A stretch of DNA of 64,000 bases from Octopus sinensis (lineage: Eukaryota), in NCBI RefSeq assembly GCF_006345805.1, contig NC_043015.1, forward strand, positions 51,150,001 through 51,214,000, given 5' to 3'. Position 1 is the first letter of the stretch. The number at the start of each line of letters is the position of its first letter. Shown piece by piece: positions 38,599 to 51,710 of the stretch. A model generated the notes under the pieces. It was not told the DNA's origin. It did not search any database and saw only the letters and a program-made list of their open reading frames with translations. The position numbers were made by a program, and so were the translations under genes.

Positions 38599-38915
38599 GA
38601 AGGCACATGGCTCAGTGCTTAGAGCGTGCGAGTTTACTATTGTGAGGTGTGAGTTTGAATCCCGGAACGGGTCGCGTGTTGTGTTCTTGAGCAATACACT
38701 TTATTTCACGTTGCTCCAGTTCACTCAGGTGTAGAAATGAATTGTGATGTCACAGGTGCCAAGCTGTATCTGCCGTTGCCTTTCCCTTGGATAACACTGG
38801 TGGCGTGGAGAGGGGAGGCTGGTATGCATGGGCAACTGCTGGTCTTCCATAAACAACCTTGCCTGGATTTGTGCCTGGGAGGGTAACTTTCTAGGTGCAA
38901 TCCCACGGTCAGTCA
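38599..38915 (+). mobile_element. tRNA-derived SINE family D
   Basis: gaaggcacatggctcagtg...gagtttgaatccc...gtgttcttgagcaa.acactttatttcac; a partial copy lies at 45532-45640. Confidence 0.85.
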
Positions 38916-38937
38916 TATATACACACACACACACACC

Positions 38938-38971
<34 letters not shown>

Positions 38972-39879
38972 ATTTGTTACATGAGTGTGTATTTGTCCTT
39001 GTATCCGTGTTTGTATACATGTTTATATACTATTAGAAAATTTTTCCATTTACAAGAGACATTAAATGACTAGCCAAGACAATGTGAGTTAAGAAGGTGA
39101 ACGAAACAATATTTATAGGGGAAACAACAGAGGATAGGGGCTTTCCATGATGGTAGTATAGCCATAAGCTTTATGGTTACTCCATGACAGGAATGTAGCA
39201 AACTAAAAAATGAAACTTCTAAAAGGAAACAGACAAACATTTAACAAAATAACTTAAGGGAACAGGGTTTTTATAGACATAAATATTGCAAGGATTTGGT
39301 TGAAATTGGCTGATCTGGAACAATGATCGTTGGTGTATATTTGAATTGTGGTTTTTGTCACCTGTTGTCATGACATTTTACCTACCCCGGTAGGGTGAAA
39401 CAGTTTGGTTGATTGCATTTAGGTGGAGTTTTCACATGTATTTTACAAGATATTGATTCCTAGGCATCGATTTTCTGTCTCAGATATGAATTTATACCTC
39501 ATTTAGTCTCTCTGTACCTTGGAAGGTGCATGACTCCTGTAAAATAATAATTCTGAGATATACCATCATCAGCTCCATTTAAGGTTTTTGCGATGCCCCC
39601 AAAATTTATGTAAGTATGGAGTTGTATGATAATGTGTGTGTATGTAATATTTGCATTCAAACATATTTCTGTTGAAATATAGGGAGAAAATAAGGCATAA
39701 ATATATATTTAACTAACAGGAAGCGCAGGAGTGGCTGTGTGCTTACCAACCACATGTTGTTTCGGGTTCAGTCCCACTGCTTGACACCTTGAGCAAGTGT
39801 CTTCTACTTTAGCCTCAGGCTGATCAAAGCCTTGTGAGTGGATTTGGTAAACGAAACTGAAAGAAGCTCGTCATATATA

Positions 39880-39927
<48 letters not shown>

Positions 39928-39964
39928 TATGTAAGAAACGAAAGTGTATGTACGCCGCTATATG

Positions 39965-40033
<69 letters not shown>

Positions 40034-40132
40034 CAATTAGTCAATTTAGGGTAGCAAAAAAATTCAATAGAAATTATCGCTACCAGCGGCCTGGTGGAAA
40101 AGAGAAAATAGTCATCGACTAAATATATAAAT

Positions 40133-40432
40133 TAACAATTTAGGAGTGACCCTAACAGGTCACTCGTCCACCAGAAAGAGCAGCCATAACTCACACCGCC
40201 AAGTAGTAGTAATTCAGAAATTAGGTGAAAATTTAAAAACATTTACCCTAATTCATCTTTTAGACGTTGCAACGTTTCTGTGTCACAGAAACGTTGCAAC
40301 GTCTAAAAGATGAATTAGGGTAAATGTTTTTAAATTTTCACCTAATTCTGAATTACTACTACTTGGCGGTGTGAGTTATGGCTGCTCTTTCTGGTGGACG
40401 AGTGACCTGTTAGGGTCACTCCTAAATTGTTA
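40133..40432. repeat. Near-perfect 300-bp palindrome
   Basis: Arms 40133-40282 and 40284-40432 with a 1-nt spacer and one single-base indel. Confidence 0.97.
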
Positions 40433-40569
40433 TATATATATATATATATATAAAATAATGCAAAATGTGACAATAACGCAAAAACATCCTGACAGCTACG
40501 TAATACAAGAAAGGAACAGCAAAACATCCAGATTGACGATACAAACAAACGTCCAGATAGACGATGAGT

Positions 40570-41328
<759 letters not shown>

Positions 41329-41333
41329 TACTA

Positions 41334-41367
<34 letters not shown>

Positions 41368-41810
41368 GTCTAACTGTGTACCAAGCAGAAAATAAAATCT
41401 GTATATTGTATACTGAGAAAAATGTGAACAATAAATTTTTCTCGTACCCTTCTCTTTGGTTTCATGGTTCCAACTGTTGTAAAAGAAAAAAAAAAAGGAC
41501 AAAAACAAAAAAAAAAATTAAAAATAAAAATAAAACCACAAACCTGATCAAAAAAAAAGGAAAAATAAGGAAGCCAAAAAAAAAAAAAAAGACATATTGA
41601 TCTCATTCCACACCATTTCCTTTTCTGATCAATACTTTATTGCTTTACTGATTAGGTTATGTCCACCTAGGTTAACACACTAAACTAATAACTGCACCAA
41701 GGATTGACGCTGGTTTCTTCTTACTGTAGTCTTTTATTTATTTACATTGATATCATGCTTCATTTGTTTGCCGGCTTTTCTTTCCATAGTTATCACCACT
41801 TACCATTTTC

Positions 41811-41843
<33 letters not shown>

Positions 41844-42511
41844 TTGTTATTTTTTTATTTTTTTATTTTTTTATAGTGCTCCCTTGAATGAAACCATTTC
41901 ACAAGAGTTCCGATCATAAGAAAATAAGTGGGGTTGGAAGGGAGATAAGCAAAGACATTTTCAACCTGTCTTTGTTAGTCAGTTGGGTTTATTTGTCTAT
42001 TTGTATATGTATTTGTTTGTTTGTTTGTTTTTTTTGCTTGTTTGTATGTATATCTATGACCTAGTTTTAAGGGTCATTTTTTTTTCTTATTTTTGTGCGT
42101 GTTGGTAGGAGCAAAAGGGGCTTTATTTATTAAATTTCCAGGCCAGGAACTTGGTGGTTTGTGTAGCAAAGCTTTAACATTTATCATTTAGCCATAATAC
42201 TTTTGTGCGATTGGGAATTCTTGCATTGTGTTGAGTTGTCAAGAAACAATTTTGGGAAATCTTTTCCCCCCCTGCAAAAAAAAACACAAAAAAAAACAAC
42301 AAAAAAAACACTAAAAATATATAAAGCAATGAAACAAAGATATCAGGGTGGCGTTGGTGGTGTGTTGGTGAAAGAACCCCAAAAGAAAATGATGTACTTA
42401 TGTGAACCTTTGTATGTTTTTGACTTGTTTATCATATCTTGAAGTCGACTTGTTGTTTATAATGGAACCTTTTCAGATTTTTCTTGACAAAAATAACCTT
42501 TTCATTTCCAG

Positions 42512-42576
42512 TAATTCATCTATTTGAAGTCAGTACCGGTAAACCAGTGGGGGATGGAAAACCAATTTGCCATAAG
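42512..42576 (+). CDS. IFT80: Internal coding exon (65 nt, phase 1 to phase 0) of intraflagellar transport protein 80
   Basis: Acceptor aaataaccttttcatttccag| and donor AAG|gttggt. Translates xIHLFEVSTGKPVGDGKPICHK, which matches the recalled vertebrate IFT80 segment [21 protein letters not shown]. No other IFT80 exon was recognised in the window. Confidence 0.9.
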
Positions 42577-43171
42577 GTTGGTGATTTCATATTAGCTGTG
42601 TTTATATACATACACATATACACACACAGACATATATACATGCACACAGGCATATAAACATGCACGCACACACACATATGCACACATGATCACACACACA
42701 TACATATACATGTATACATATATAAAAATATATCATATATATATATATATATATACAGATGTATATATATGCATACATATATACATATTCATATATATAC
42801 ATATATGTGTGTATGTATATGTATATATATATATATATATCTATATATATATATATATTGGTGTTGAATGGTTTTGTTTTTCTTCTTTTTTTTTCTAATT
42901 ATATGTATGTGGGTAATTAAGATTCAATAACATTCTGAAATTGTATTTCCTCTAATGTGTTCTTGAAATATGTAGGCTGTATTCTTCTCTCTCTCTCTCT
43001 CTCTCTCTCCCCCTGTCTCTCTCTCTCTTCCCATCTTTCTTTCCTTTTCCCCTTTTTTCTTTTCTGTTTTCTTTCCTTTATTATTTTTTTCCCTTTTTTG
43101 ATAATTGCCTATTTGGTTTTGAAGTTCTGGTTCTCAGACATTCTTCGATTTCTTTCTATTTTTTTTTTTTT

Positions 43172-43208
<37 letters not shown>

Positions 43209-43365
43209 AATGGTGTAATTGGAAGCATTTATCATATTTGGATAATTCAAACGACATGAATATTATTATAAAAGCATCATGGCATGATGGAAAAATCTGT
43301 TTTATATCTGATTACATTCACGGCCTATCAACAGAAACGATATGCGAATTTGAAATCATGAAATC

Positions 43366-43388
43366 ATTATTATTATTATTACCACATC

Positions 43389-43421
<33 letters not shown>

Positions 43422-43443
43422 CGTTATTATTATCGTTATTATC

Positions 43444-43523
<80 letters not shown>

Positions 43524-43685
43524 CGTTATTATTATCGTTATTATTATCGTTATTATCGTTATTATTATTATTATTATTATCATTATTATTATTATCATTA
43601 TTATTTTATTATTATTATTATTATTATTTTATTATTATTATTATTATTATTATTATCATTATTATTATTATTATTATTATTATTA
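43366..43685. repeat. (ATT)n microsatellite
   Basis: Read directly from the sequence. Confidence 0.97.
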
Positions 43686-44075
43686 CGATATCGACCTCTC
43701 TACCACCACAGCTTTATTCTCCATCAACTCATAAACTAAATCAACATGTAATATTCAATTTTTACAAAATATTTCATTGTGTTAATCTTTCAATGCAGCA
43801 ATTATTTACATATTTTCGACCAGAATTCTGACGATTTCTGAAATTTCACTGTTTATTCCATCGAATAAACAGGTTTTCGTCTCTAGTTTCTCTTTTGTTT
43901 TGTTTTGTTTTTTGTTTTTTGTTGTTGATTTTACTCTATTCTAAAAAAGAAGGACATACCAACTGCTGCAACTTTTTTTTTTTTTTTTTTCCTGTTCTGG
44001 CTAAATGGTTTGGAAGCCAGAAAGAATGGTGCAACCATTTCTGTAGATACGGAAAGATACTCTTCTATTCCCCCA

Positions 44076-45221
44076 CTCTCTCTTCCTGCTTCCTCTCTCT
44101 TGCTCTCTGCCTTTGTCTCTCTGCTTCTCTCTCTCTTTCTACTCCCTCTCTCTTGCTCTCTGCCTCTCTCTCTCTCTCTTGCTCTCTGCCGCTCTCTCTC
44201 TCTCTTGCTCTGCTCTCTCTGCCTCTCTCTCTCTTGCTCTCTGCCTATCTCTCTCTCTCTTGCTCTCTGCCTCTCTCTCTCTCTTGCTCTCTGCCTCTCT
44301 CTCTCTCTCTTGCTCTCTGCCTCTCTCTCTCTCTTGCTCTCTGCTTCTCTCTCTCTTCCTCTTCCCTCTCTCTTGCTCACTGCCTCTCTCTCTGCTCACT
44401 GCCTCTCTCTGCTCTCTACCACTCTCTTTTGCTCTCTCTCTCTTTCTACTCTCTCTCTCTCTTTCTCTGCCTCTCTCTCTCTCTCCTCTCTCTTGCTCTC
44501 GTCCGCTCTCTCTCTCTCTGCTCTCTGCCTCTCTCTCTCTCTCTCTTGCTCTCTGCCTCTCTCTCTCTCTTGCTCTCTGCTTCTCTCTCTCTTCTCTTCC
44601 TCTTCCTCTCTCTGCTCCTGCCTCTCTCTTCTCACTCTACTGCCTCTCTCTTGCTCTCTACCTCTCTCTTTTGCTATCTGCTTCTCTCTCTCTCTTCCTG
44701 CTCCCTCTCTCTTGCTCTCTGCTTTTGTCTCTCAGCTTCTCTCTCTCTCTTCATGCTCCCTCTCTCTTTCTCTCTCTCCCTGTATGTGTATGTCTGTGCT
44801 CTATGCGTATCTCTCGCTCTCACTTTTTGCTTGCTCGTTGTCTGTTTTGTCTTTCTCTCTCTCTCTTTTATTGTTTCTCCCTGATTCCCCCTCTCTTACT
44901 CTCCTGTGTTTCTCTCTCTCTCTCTTACTCTCTGTGTTTCTCTCTCTTTCTGTCTTTCTCACAATCTCTCTTTCTCTTTCTCTCCTGCTCTTTCTGTTTG
45001 TGTCTGTGTATTTGTCTATCTGTCTCTCCCCCTCTCACTCTCTCTCCCCTCATTCTCTGTCTCTCTTACTACATCTGTGTCTGTCTCTCTCACTCTACCT
45101 CTCTTTCTTTCTTTTTCTTCATCACTGTCTCATTCTCTGTCCCAGTCTCTCTGCTTCCTCTCCCTCTTCTTTCTGCACCTGTCTGTCTCTGTGTCTCTCT
45201 CTTTCTGTGCCTGTCTGTCTA

Positions 45222-45252
<31 letters not shown>

Positions 45253-45320
45253 GTTTCTTTGATTCTTTGTCTCTCTCTTTCTCTGTGTGTCTGTCTTGGT
45301 CTCCCTGTTTCTCTCTTGCT
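44076..45320. repeat. CT-rich polypyrimidine tract with (ct)n-tgctctctgc units
   Basis: Read directly; source of the long Leu/Ser ORFs. Confidence 0.95.
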
Positions 45321-46189
45321 CCTTAAATATCTCTCAAGCTGTCAAAAGAACCTTCTCACCTTCTCCTGTCAGCGCCAGGTGTGTTTTATGTTTAATGAAT
45401 TAACAGATTACCTGTTGCCACATGACTCCATGAAGAGATTTCCTGAACACATGTTGCATCTTAAAACTGTTGTTACAGTCACCTTACCTGTGAAACATGA
45501 TGTATACAATAGGATGTATTGCACGTTATTTGAAGGCACATGGCTCAGTGGTTAGAGCGTCAGGCTCACAATCATGAGGCAGTGAGTTCGATTCCCAAAC
45601 TGGGCTGTGTGTTGTGTTCTTGAGCAAGACACTTTATGTGTTTTGCTCACATAACATATATATAATATATATATATATACGATGGGCTTCTTTTAGTTTC
45701 CATCTACCAAATCCTCTCTTAAGGCTTTGGTCAGCCCAAGGCTATAGTAGAAGACCCTTGCCCATAGTACCATGTGGTTGGGAAGCAAGCTTCTTACCAC
45801 ACAGCCACTCCATCAATGTCATTCATGAGTTGCTACTGATGACAGATTAGAAGTCATCATCACTTCAACGTTTAATGTCCATCTTCCATGCTGGCATGGT
45901 TGGATGGTACCACAAGATCCACAGTGCTTAAATTTTTTCTGTTTCAAAAGACTTTTTTTTGTAGTTTTACATTTTGCTAGACGGTTGCTATAGTTCCATA
46001 GATTCTGGAGATTTGACGACATTTAGCTAATTACCTAAATATTGCAGTATATATTTTGGCTGGTTTAACACTTTCGGCATTTAAACCAGTCATATCTGGC
46101 CAAAATATTCTACCTGTCTAATCTTCAGATTAACCAGAGCTGGACTCTCACACCTACCCTACAGTGTCATTTTGAAAATAAGCAATCAG

Positions 46190-46468
46190 CGCTGCCCCGA
46201 CTGGCCTCCGTGCTGGTAGTACGTAAAAAGCACCATCCGATCATGGCTGTTTGCCAGCCTCGTCTGGCACCTCTGCTGGTGGCACGTAAAAGGCACCCAC
46301 TACACTTATGGAGTAGTTAGCATTAGGAAGGGCATCCAGCCGTAGAAGCATTGCCAGACCAGACTGGGTCTAGTGCAGCCTTCTGGCTTCCCAGACCCCA
46401 GTTGAACCGTCCAACCCATGCCAACATGGAAAGCGGACGCTAAACGATGATGATGATGATGATGATGA
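46190..46468 (+). mobile_element. RTE 3'-UTR-derived repeat inserted into a TTAA MITE
   Basis: Ends aaccgtccaacccatgccaacatggaaagcggacgctaaacgatgatgatg. Confidence 0.8.
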
Positions 46469-49096
46469 CACCATCAAATATGCAGAGCTTCGAGACAATA
46501 CATGATCAATTCAAAACAATGTGAACAAATAAGCATCACATTTGACAAAGTAATCTGAATGCTAAAGGGTTGAACAAGGTTTACAGTTTCTCATCTCCTG
46601 CTGCCTTCCTTCAGTGTCTGGTATCCATAGCACCAGAGGAAGACACTGGTTTTGGTGCTTACACTTTATAGTATTCACTGGGTCCGTTCTATGATGCCAG
46701 TGGCACTAGAGAGGTTGTTGAAAGCAGGAGCAAAGACTTTCCTCAACCTTATCCCATGATCACATGTTTGTCCAGGACCACTGGATGTTATACATCACTG
46801 GTCACCATGCGCATTGCATCATTTTCGTTTTCAGATGATGCCACCCTGTTGGCGAGGCAAGCAGGCCTATGTTTCCCCCCTGATCTGAAGACTATATCAT
46901 CGATATCATTGCAGGGTGTACCCATTTACAGCTGAGTGGACTGGAGCAATGTGAAATGAAGTGTTTTCCTCACGAACACAATGTGCTGCTTGGTTTGGGA
47001 ATCGAACCCATGATCAAGCAATTGTGTCTGCAACACCTTAACCATTAGGCCATATCAGGTTTTTATTAGTTTTCTAGATGGTTGCCTGTGTTGTTGCTTG
47101 CTATATAGCTTTTAATTCCCTGTAACTTGTAATTATCCCCACTCTTTTCATTTTTTTGTTTCCTCTCCTTTTTCTGTTTCAGACAGGATAGCCCTGTATC
47201 TCCTCTACAACAAAAATAAAACCCTGTTTCTGTCCCTCTATCATACTTTAACCTCTCGTCGTTTGGTATGAAACCACCTCCCTTAATACTGCTTCCTTCT
47301 TCAGCCAAGGGGGTTTTGTCTTGTGACCTTGCTGGTACAGGTGCCACATAAAAAGCACACCGTCCACTCTGTAAAATGATTGGCATTCAGAAATGCATCT
47401 GGCTGTAGAAACCATTCTGTAGCTGACAGTGGGGCATGGCATGGTCCTCTGGCTCTCTGGCTCCTATCAAGCCATTCAACCCATGCCAGCATGGAAAACA
47501 GGCAATAAATTGTAATGATGACGACAATGATGTCTGACTTTTTTGTATTTATTTTGCTAAATTTTATATTTAGAAATCTAATCTAACTTTTATATCTGGC
47601 AATCTAATCTTTGAGGTATAAATTTTGATATTGGCTCGAGATATCATGTTTACTTGATGGAATTCTTCAACCTGAATCAGAGAACTGTTATTATTTCTGT
47701 GGACATTTCTCTATATTAATATGTCTGATTAGCTTTCATATTCACGGATGTCTGCTTGTTGCACATAAATTTCAATTTGAATAAATATAGCAATAATTGT
47801 TTCTTCATTATTTGACCAGTGTCTTTATACTGTGTTTTGTGCTTTCTTTTTGCTGAGAAAAATCTAACTCGGTCTGATGTCAGACAAACAAAAACAAAAC
47901 AAAAAAAAAAACTCCCCCTCAAAAAAACACCCCCTCCAAAGAAAAAAACCAAAACAATAAAAGAACAAAAAATACAAAGCAATAAAAGAACAAAAAAAAA
48001 ACAAAATCAGAAACAAAACAATACAAAAAAATAACAAAACGCAAACAATTTATCTGTCAACAAATATAACTTTACTGCCTTGTCTTACCATATTTTGGTA
48101 TTAACAGTGCTTGGATGCTGTTAGTAGTGTGCATAGCATTTAACAACGTACTTTTCTTGTTCATTTCCTCCTCCTATCTCGGCTTCAGCGTTCTAAGTGT
48201 AGAACCAATCGGTTTTCTGTCATTCTACGACTATCTGACTAATATAAAGGCTGTTTTCATTGTCGTTCCGAGGGGAATTGGATAGTGCTAGAATTCTGCA
48301 GCAAATTTCCATTACAATAATGGAATTTTCTAAAAGTGTTTCTTATTAATTGATAGATTTATTGCATTAGTAAAGATACTTTATTCTGCACACTTTATTT
48401 TCTATGATACCAGCTCCAAACAGAACAAAAAATAAAAAAACAACTAATGTAATTTGGACTAATTTATTGATATTAAAAAAAGAAAGAAAAAAAGAACTAA
48501 TCTTTTAAATTCAGCTCTTGTTCTTTCCACTATGTATTTTTTATTTATTTATTTGAAGTTGTATTCAGTATTTTTTTTTTTTTTTAGCTAATTTGAAAAT
48601 GCATTTTTACTAGAATTTTCGGTCCTTGTGGTACTCTTAACAACACGCTGTAGTCACGGCTTTTCTTTACTTCTGATTTTTCTTGTACCAGTAACGTTTG
48701 GCTGTTTTTGAAGTGAAGAAGCACCAAAGAAAAATAAACTGATTTATTATATGATAATGAATAAAAGTTGTCAGGCATAGGCTTGGCTGCGTGGTAAGCA
48801 GTTTGCTTCCCAACCACATGCATGGCACCTTGGGCAAGTGTCTTCTACTATAACACTAGGCCAAGCAAAAACTTGTGAGTAGATTTGGTAGACGGAAACT
48901 GAAAGAAGCTATACTGAGAAACTAGGAAAGGATTATTTTAGGGAGAGAGATTACAATTTGGAAGTTATCTGAAGAATTAATATAAATAATTACAGTTTAT
49001 GAAAGTGTATATTAGTAATGATGTGGGCTAAATGATTGAATGAAGCAATTAAAAATGAGAGAAATTCTTAGCTTCGCTGTGCATATATATATATAT

Positions 49097-49404
49097 CTAA
49101 AGGCCTATGATATGCAGGAGACTGATTGGAAGAGCATTGCCTGTCATAACCAAAGATGGAGGAAGCAGGTTTAGGAGGGGGTCGACACTTTTGAGAGAGC
49201 ACGTATTCTGCATGAAGAACTTAAGCGTGCTGCGCAAAGGTACACTGCTGGTGTAGTGAATAGGGAAAGCTTGGTCTGCAATGTTTGCAGTCGTGCATGC
49301 TTGTCAACAGAGCTGCAAATGCAAAATATAAGTTAGTCCTAGAGCGCACGGTGTTCTGGAAGGTCAGCAATAGTTTTTCTCGGTCACAAGTGGATGGCTA
49401 TCAG
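49097..49404 (+). mobile_element. RTE-like LINE ORF2 C-terminus with zinc-finger remnant
   Basis: Reads LKAYDMQETDWKSIA..QRWRKQV*EGVDTFERARILHEELKRAA...LVCNVCSRACLS. Confidence 0.75.
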
Positions 49405-49777
49405 TCTGTGAGTAATTCTGTTTTTTTTATATAATCTTCATGTGTCTTGCCTGCCTAATTGTTCTGGTGTCCGCTGAATTTTCCTCTAGAGAACATTTTT
49501 TTCTTTGTAGTTTGATCGTAGGTGATCTATTTCTAGCATACGGCCGACTACCTAATGGTCTTGCTCTTTTGAATATACATATATATATATATAATCAAAA
49601 TAAGCAACAAGGATATCCAGTGGTAATGCGGTACAATCGTTTCATGCGACACCATTTATATCCTTGTTGCTTATTTTGATTATAATTACCCCATTTTGAA
49701 TTATATGGATAATACCATGCTAAATTCTGGTGCCTTAACTTAAGTACCATATTCATCTGAATCTAAATTTTACTATA

Positions 49778-49820
<43 letters not shown>

Positions 49821-49951
49821 TATATATATAGAAAATAGTAAAAAGTGAAAAAACTACAGAAAGCTTGTTTTAAAAGGTTAGAAAATATATATTTGAGTCA
49901 TTATGTCAGAAGAATGTTATAAATTTTTTTCATACAATGACATAGTTTTTG

Positions 49952-49991
49952 AAGAAATGACCGGTTTCGCGTTCAGCTTTTCAAATTTCTT
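49952..49991 (-). ncRNA. Degenerate minimal hammerhead motif
   Basis: Minus strand AAGAAAT-TTGAAAA-GC-tgaac-GC-GAA-ACCGGT-C/ATTTCTT: perfect 7-bp stem I and GUC triplet; the core carries two transitions. Confidence 0.6.
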
Positions 49992-50090
49992 ACATCGTTA
50001 TGTTTTCGTTGAGAAGTGTAAAGGAGAGTTCCAGGTAAGGGGAGGTAATATATATTCAACCACATGCTTTCACACACCAACTTTCTCACC

Positions 50091-50122
<32 letters not shown>

Positions 50123-50315
50123 TACATACATACATATGTAAAAAGTAAGCAGCAAATAAATAAACAGATAACATGCATATTGCAGCTCATGTCAAACATG
50201 ATAACACACTCATACTGAGTGAATTGAAACCATCAGCTTTTGTTAGTTTCAAAGAAGAAGCGATAGATATTGTAGCATGGAAATCTAGATTTACTTGTGG
50301 AGACAGCAACTGAGT

Positions 50316-50437
50316 ATCACCTGAGGAGACACATGTAGATCTTCTTGTACAGGTAAATCGTTAGATAATTTAATTTAAACTTAACTTTAAATCCTGTATA
50401 TAGGAAGATCTGTATGTATCGAAACATTTGTAGCGAT
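50316..50437 (+). ncRNA. Type I hammerhead motif with extended stem II
   Basis: ATCAC-CTGAGGA-[gacacatgtagatcttcttgta...tataggaagatctgtatgtatc]-GAA-AC-ATTT-GT-A/GCGAT. Confidence 0.75.
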
Positions 50438-50773
50438 TAAAAAGCTGCCTAACCTTACTTACTCTTCCTTTTAACTCTTTTACTTTATATATATATATAT
50501 GTGTGTGTGTGTATCTAACATTCTAACATGTAGATCTTCATAGTTCCTATTAGCAGATGAAACATGTGTAATGGTGAATATATAGTAGTAAAAAAATTCC
50601 ACTTTCCTGTTTCATTATAAGATAAACTCTGCAAATAATATTTCCTTAATTCTCAATTTTAACATGTATGTTGACAAACATTACAACACCAACTATGGAT
50701 ACAATTTAGATTGTAATAATGGATTAAGTAGTTGTACTTCCAGAGGAGACAGCTGGAATTTAAACTATTTACC

Positions 50774-50810
<37 letters not shown>

Positions 50811-50813
<3 letters not shown>

Positions 50814-51200
50814 TGCAGGTGTGGCTGTGAGGTAAGGAATTTGCTTCCCAACCACATGATTCTGGGTTCAGTCCCACTGCATGACACCTTGGGAAGGTGC
50901 CTTCTACTATAGCCTTGGGCCTATCAAAGCCATGTGAGTGGATTTGGTAGATGGAGACTGAAAGAAGCCTATTGTATATATATATATATATATAATATAT
51001 ATATGTTCGTGTGCCTGTTTTGTCCCTCAACCATCACTTGACAACTGATGTTGGTATGTTTGCATCCCTGTAACTTAGTGGTTTGGCAAAAGAGACCGAT
51101 AGAATAACAACTAGGCTTACAAAGAATAAGTCCTGTGGTTGATTCGTTCAACTAAAGGTGGTGCTGCAACCTAGCTATAGTCAAATGACTGAAACAAACA
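50811..51200 (+). mobile_element. SINE family A
   Basis: Full-length copy, tail-to-tail with the next copy. Confidence 0.9.
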
Positions 51201-51253
51201 TATGAATATATAAAAACAGATATAAGTATATATATATATAAATATATATATAT

Positions 51254-51480
51254 ACTCTTTTACTCTTTTACTTGTTTGAGTCACCTGACTGCAGCCATGC
51301 TGGAGCACCGCCTTTAGTTGAGCAAATCGACCCCAGAACTTATTCTTTGTAAGCCTAGTACTTATTATATCGGTCTGTCTTGCTAAACTGCTAGGTTCCG
51401 GGGGCGTAAGCGCACCACAATCGATTGTCAAGCGATGTTGGTGGCACAAACACAGACACACAAACTTATACATACACACG

Positions 51481-51528
<48 letters not shown>

Positions 51529-51710
51529 ATATACATATACCTATATACTACAGGCTTCTTTCAGTTTCCGTCTACGAAATCCTCTAAGAAGGCTTTCGTT
51601 GGCCTGAGGCTATAGTAGAAGACACTTGCCCAAGGTGCACACAGTGGGAATGAACCCAGAACCATGTGGTTGGTAAGCAAGCTACTTACCACACAGCCAC
51701 TCCTGCATCT
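51254..51710 (-). mobile_element. SINE family A
   Basis: Full-length copy. Confidence 0.9.

Noticed and set aside
39530-39576. Minus-strand CTGATGA in a TA-adjacent element
   Set aside because: No convincing stem II, GAAA or NUH could be built downstream. The CTGATGA hits at about 2619, 2756, 3703 and 45836 fail for the same reason.
43895-45555. Long ORFs (329-480 aa) rich in Leu/Ser
   Set aside because: They are translations of a CT-rich simple repeat that lacks stop codons by composition.
47183-47219. Strong acceptor followed by QDSPVSPLQQK*
   Set aside because: The sequence resembles the reverse complement of a repeat segment at about 19720-19750 and runs into an RTE UTR module.
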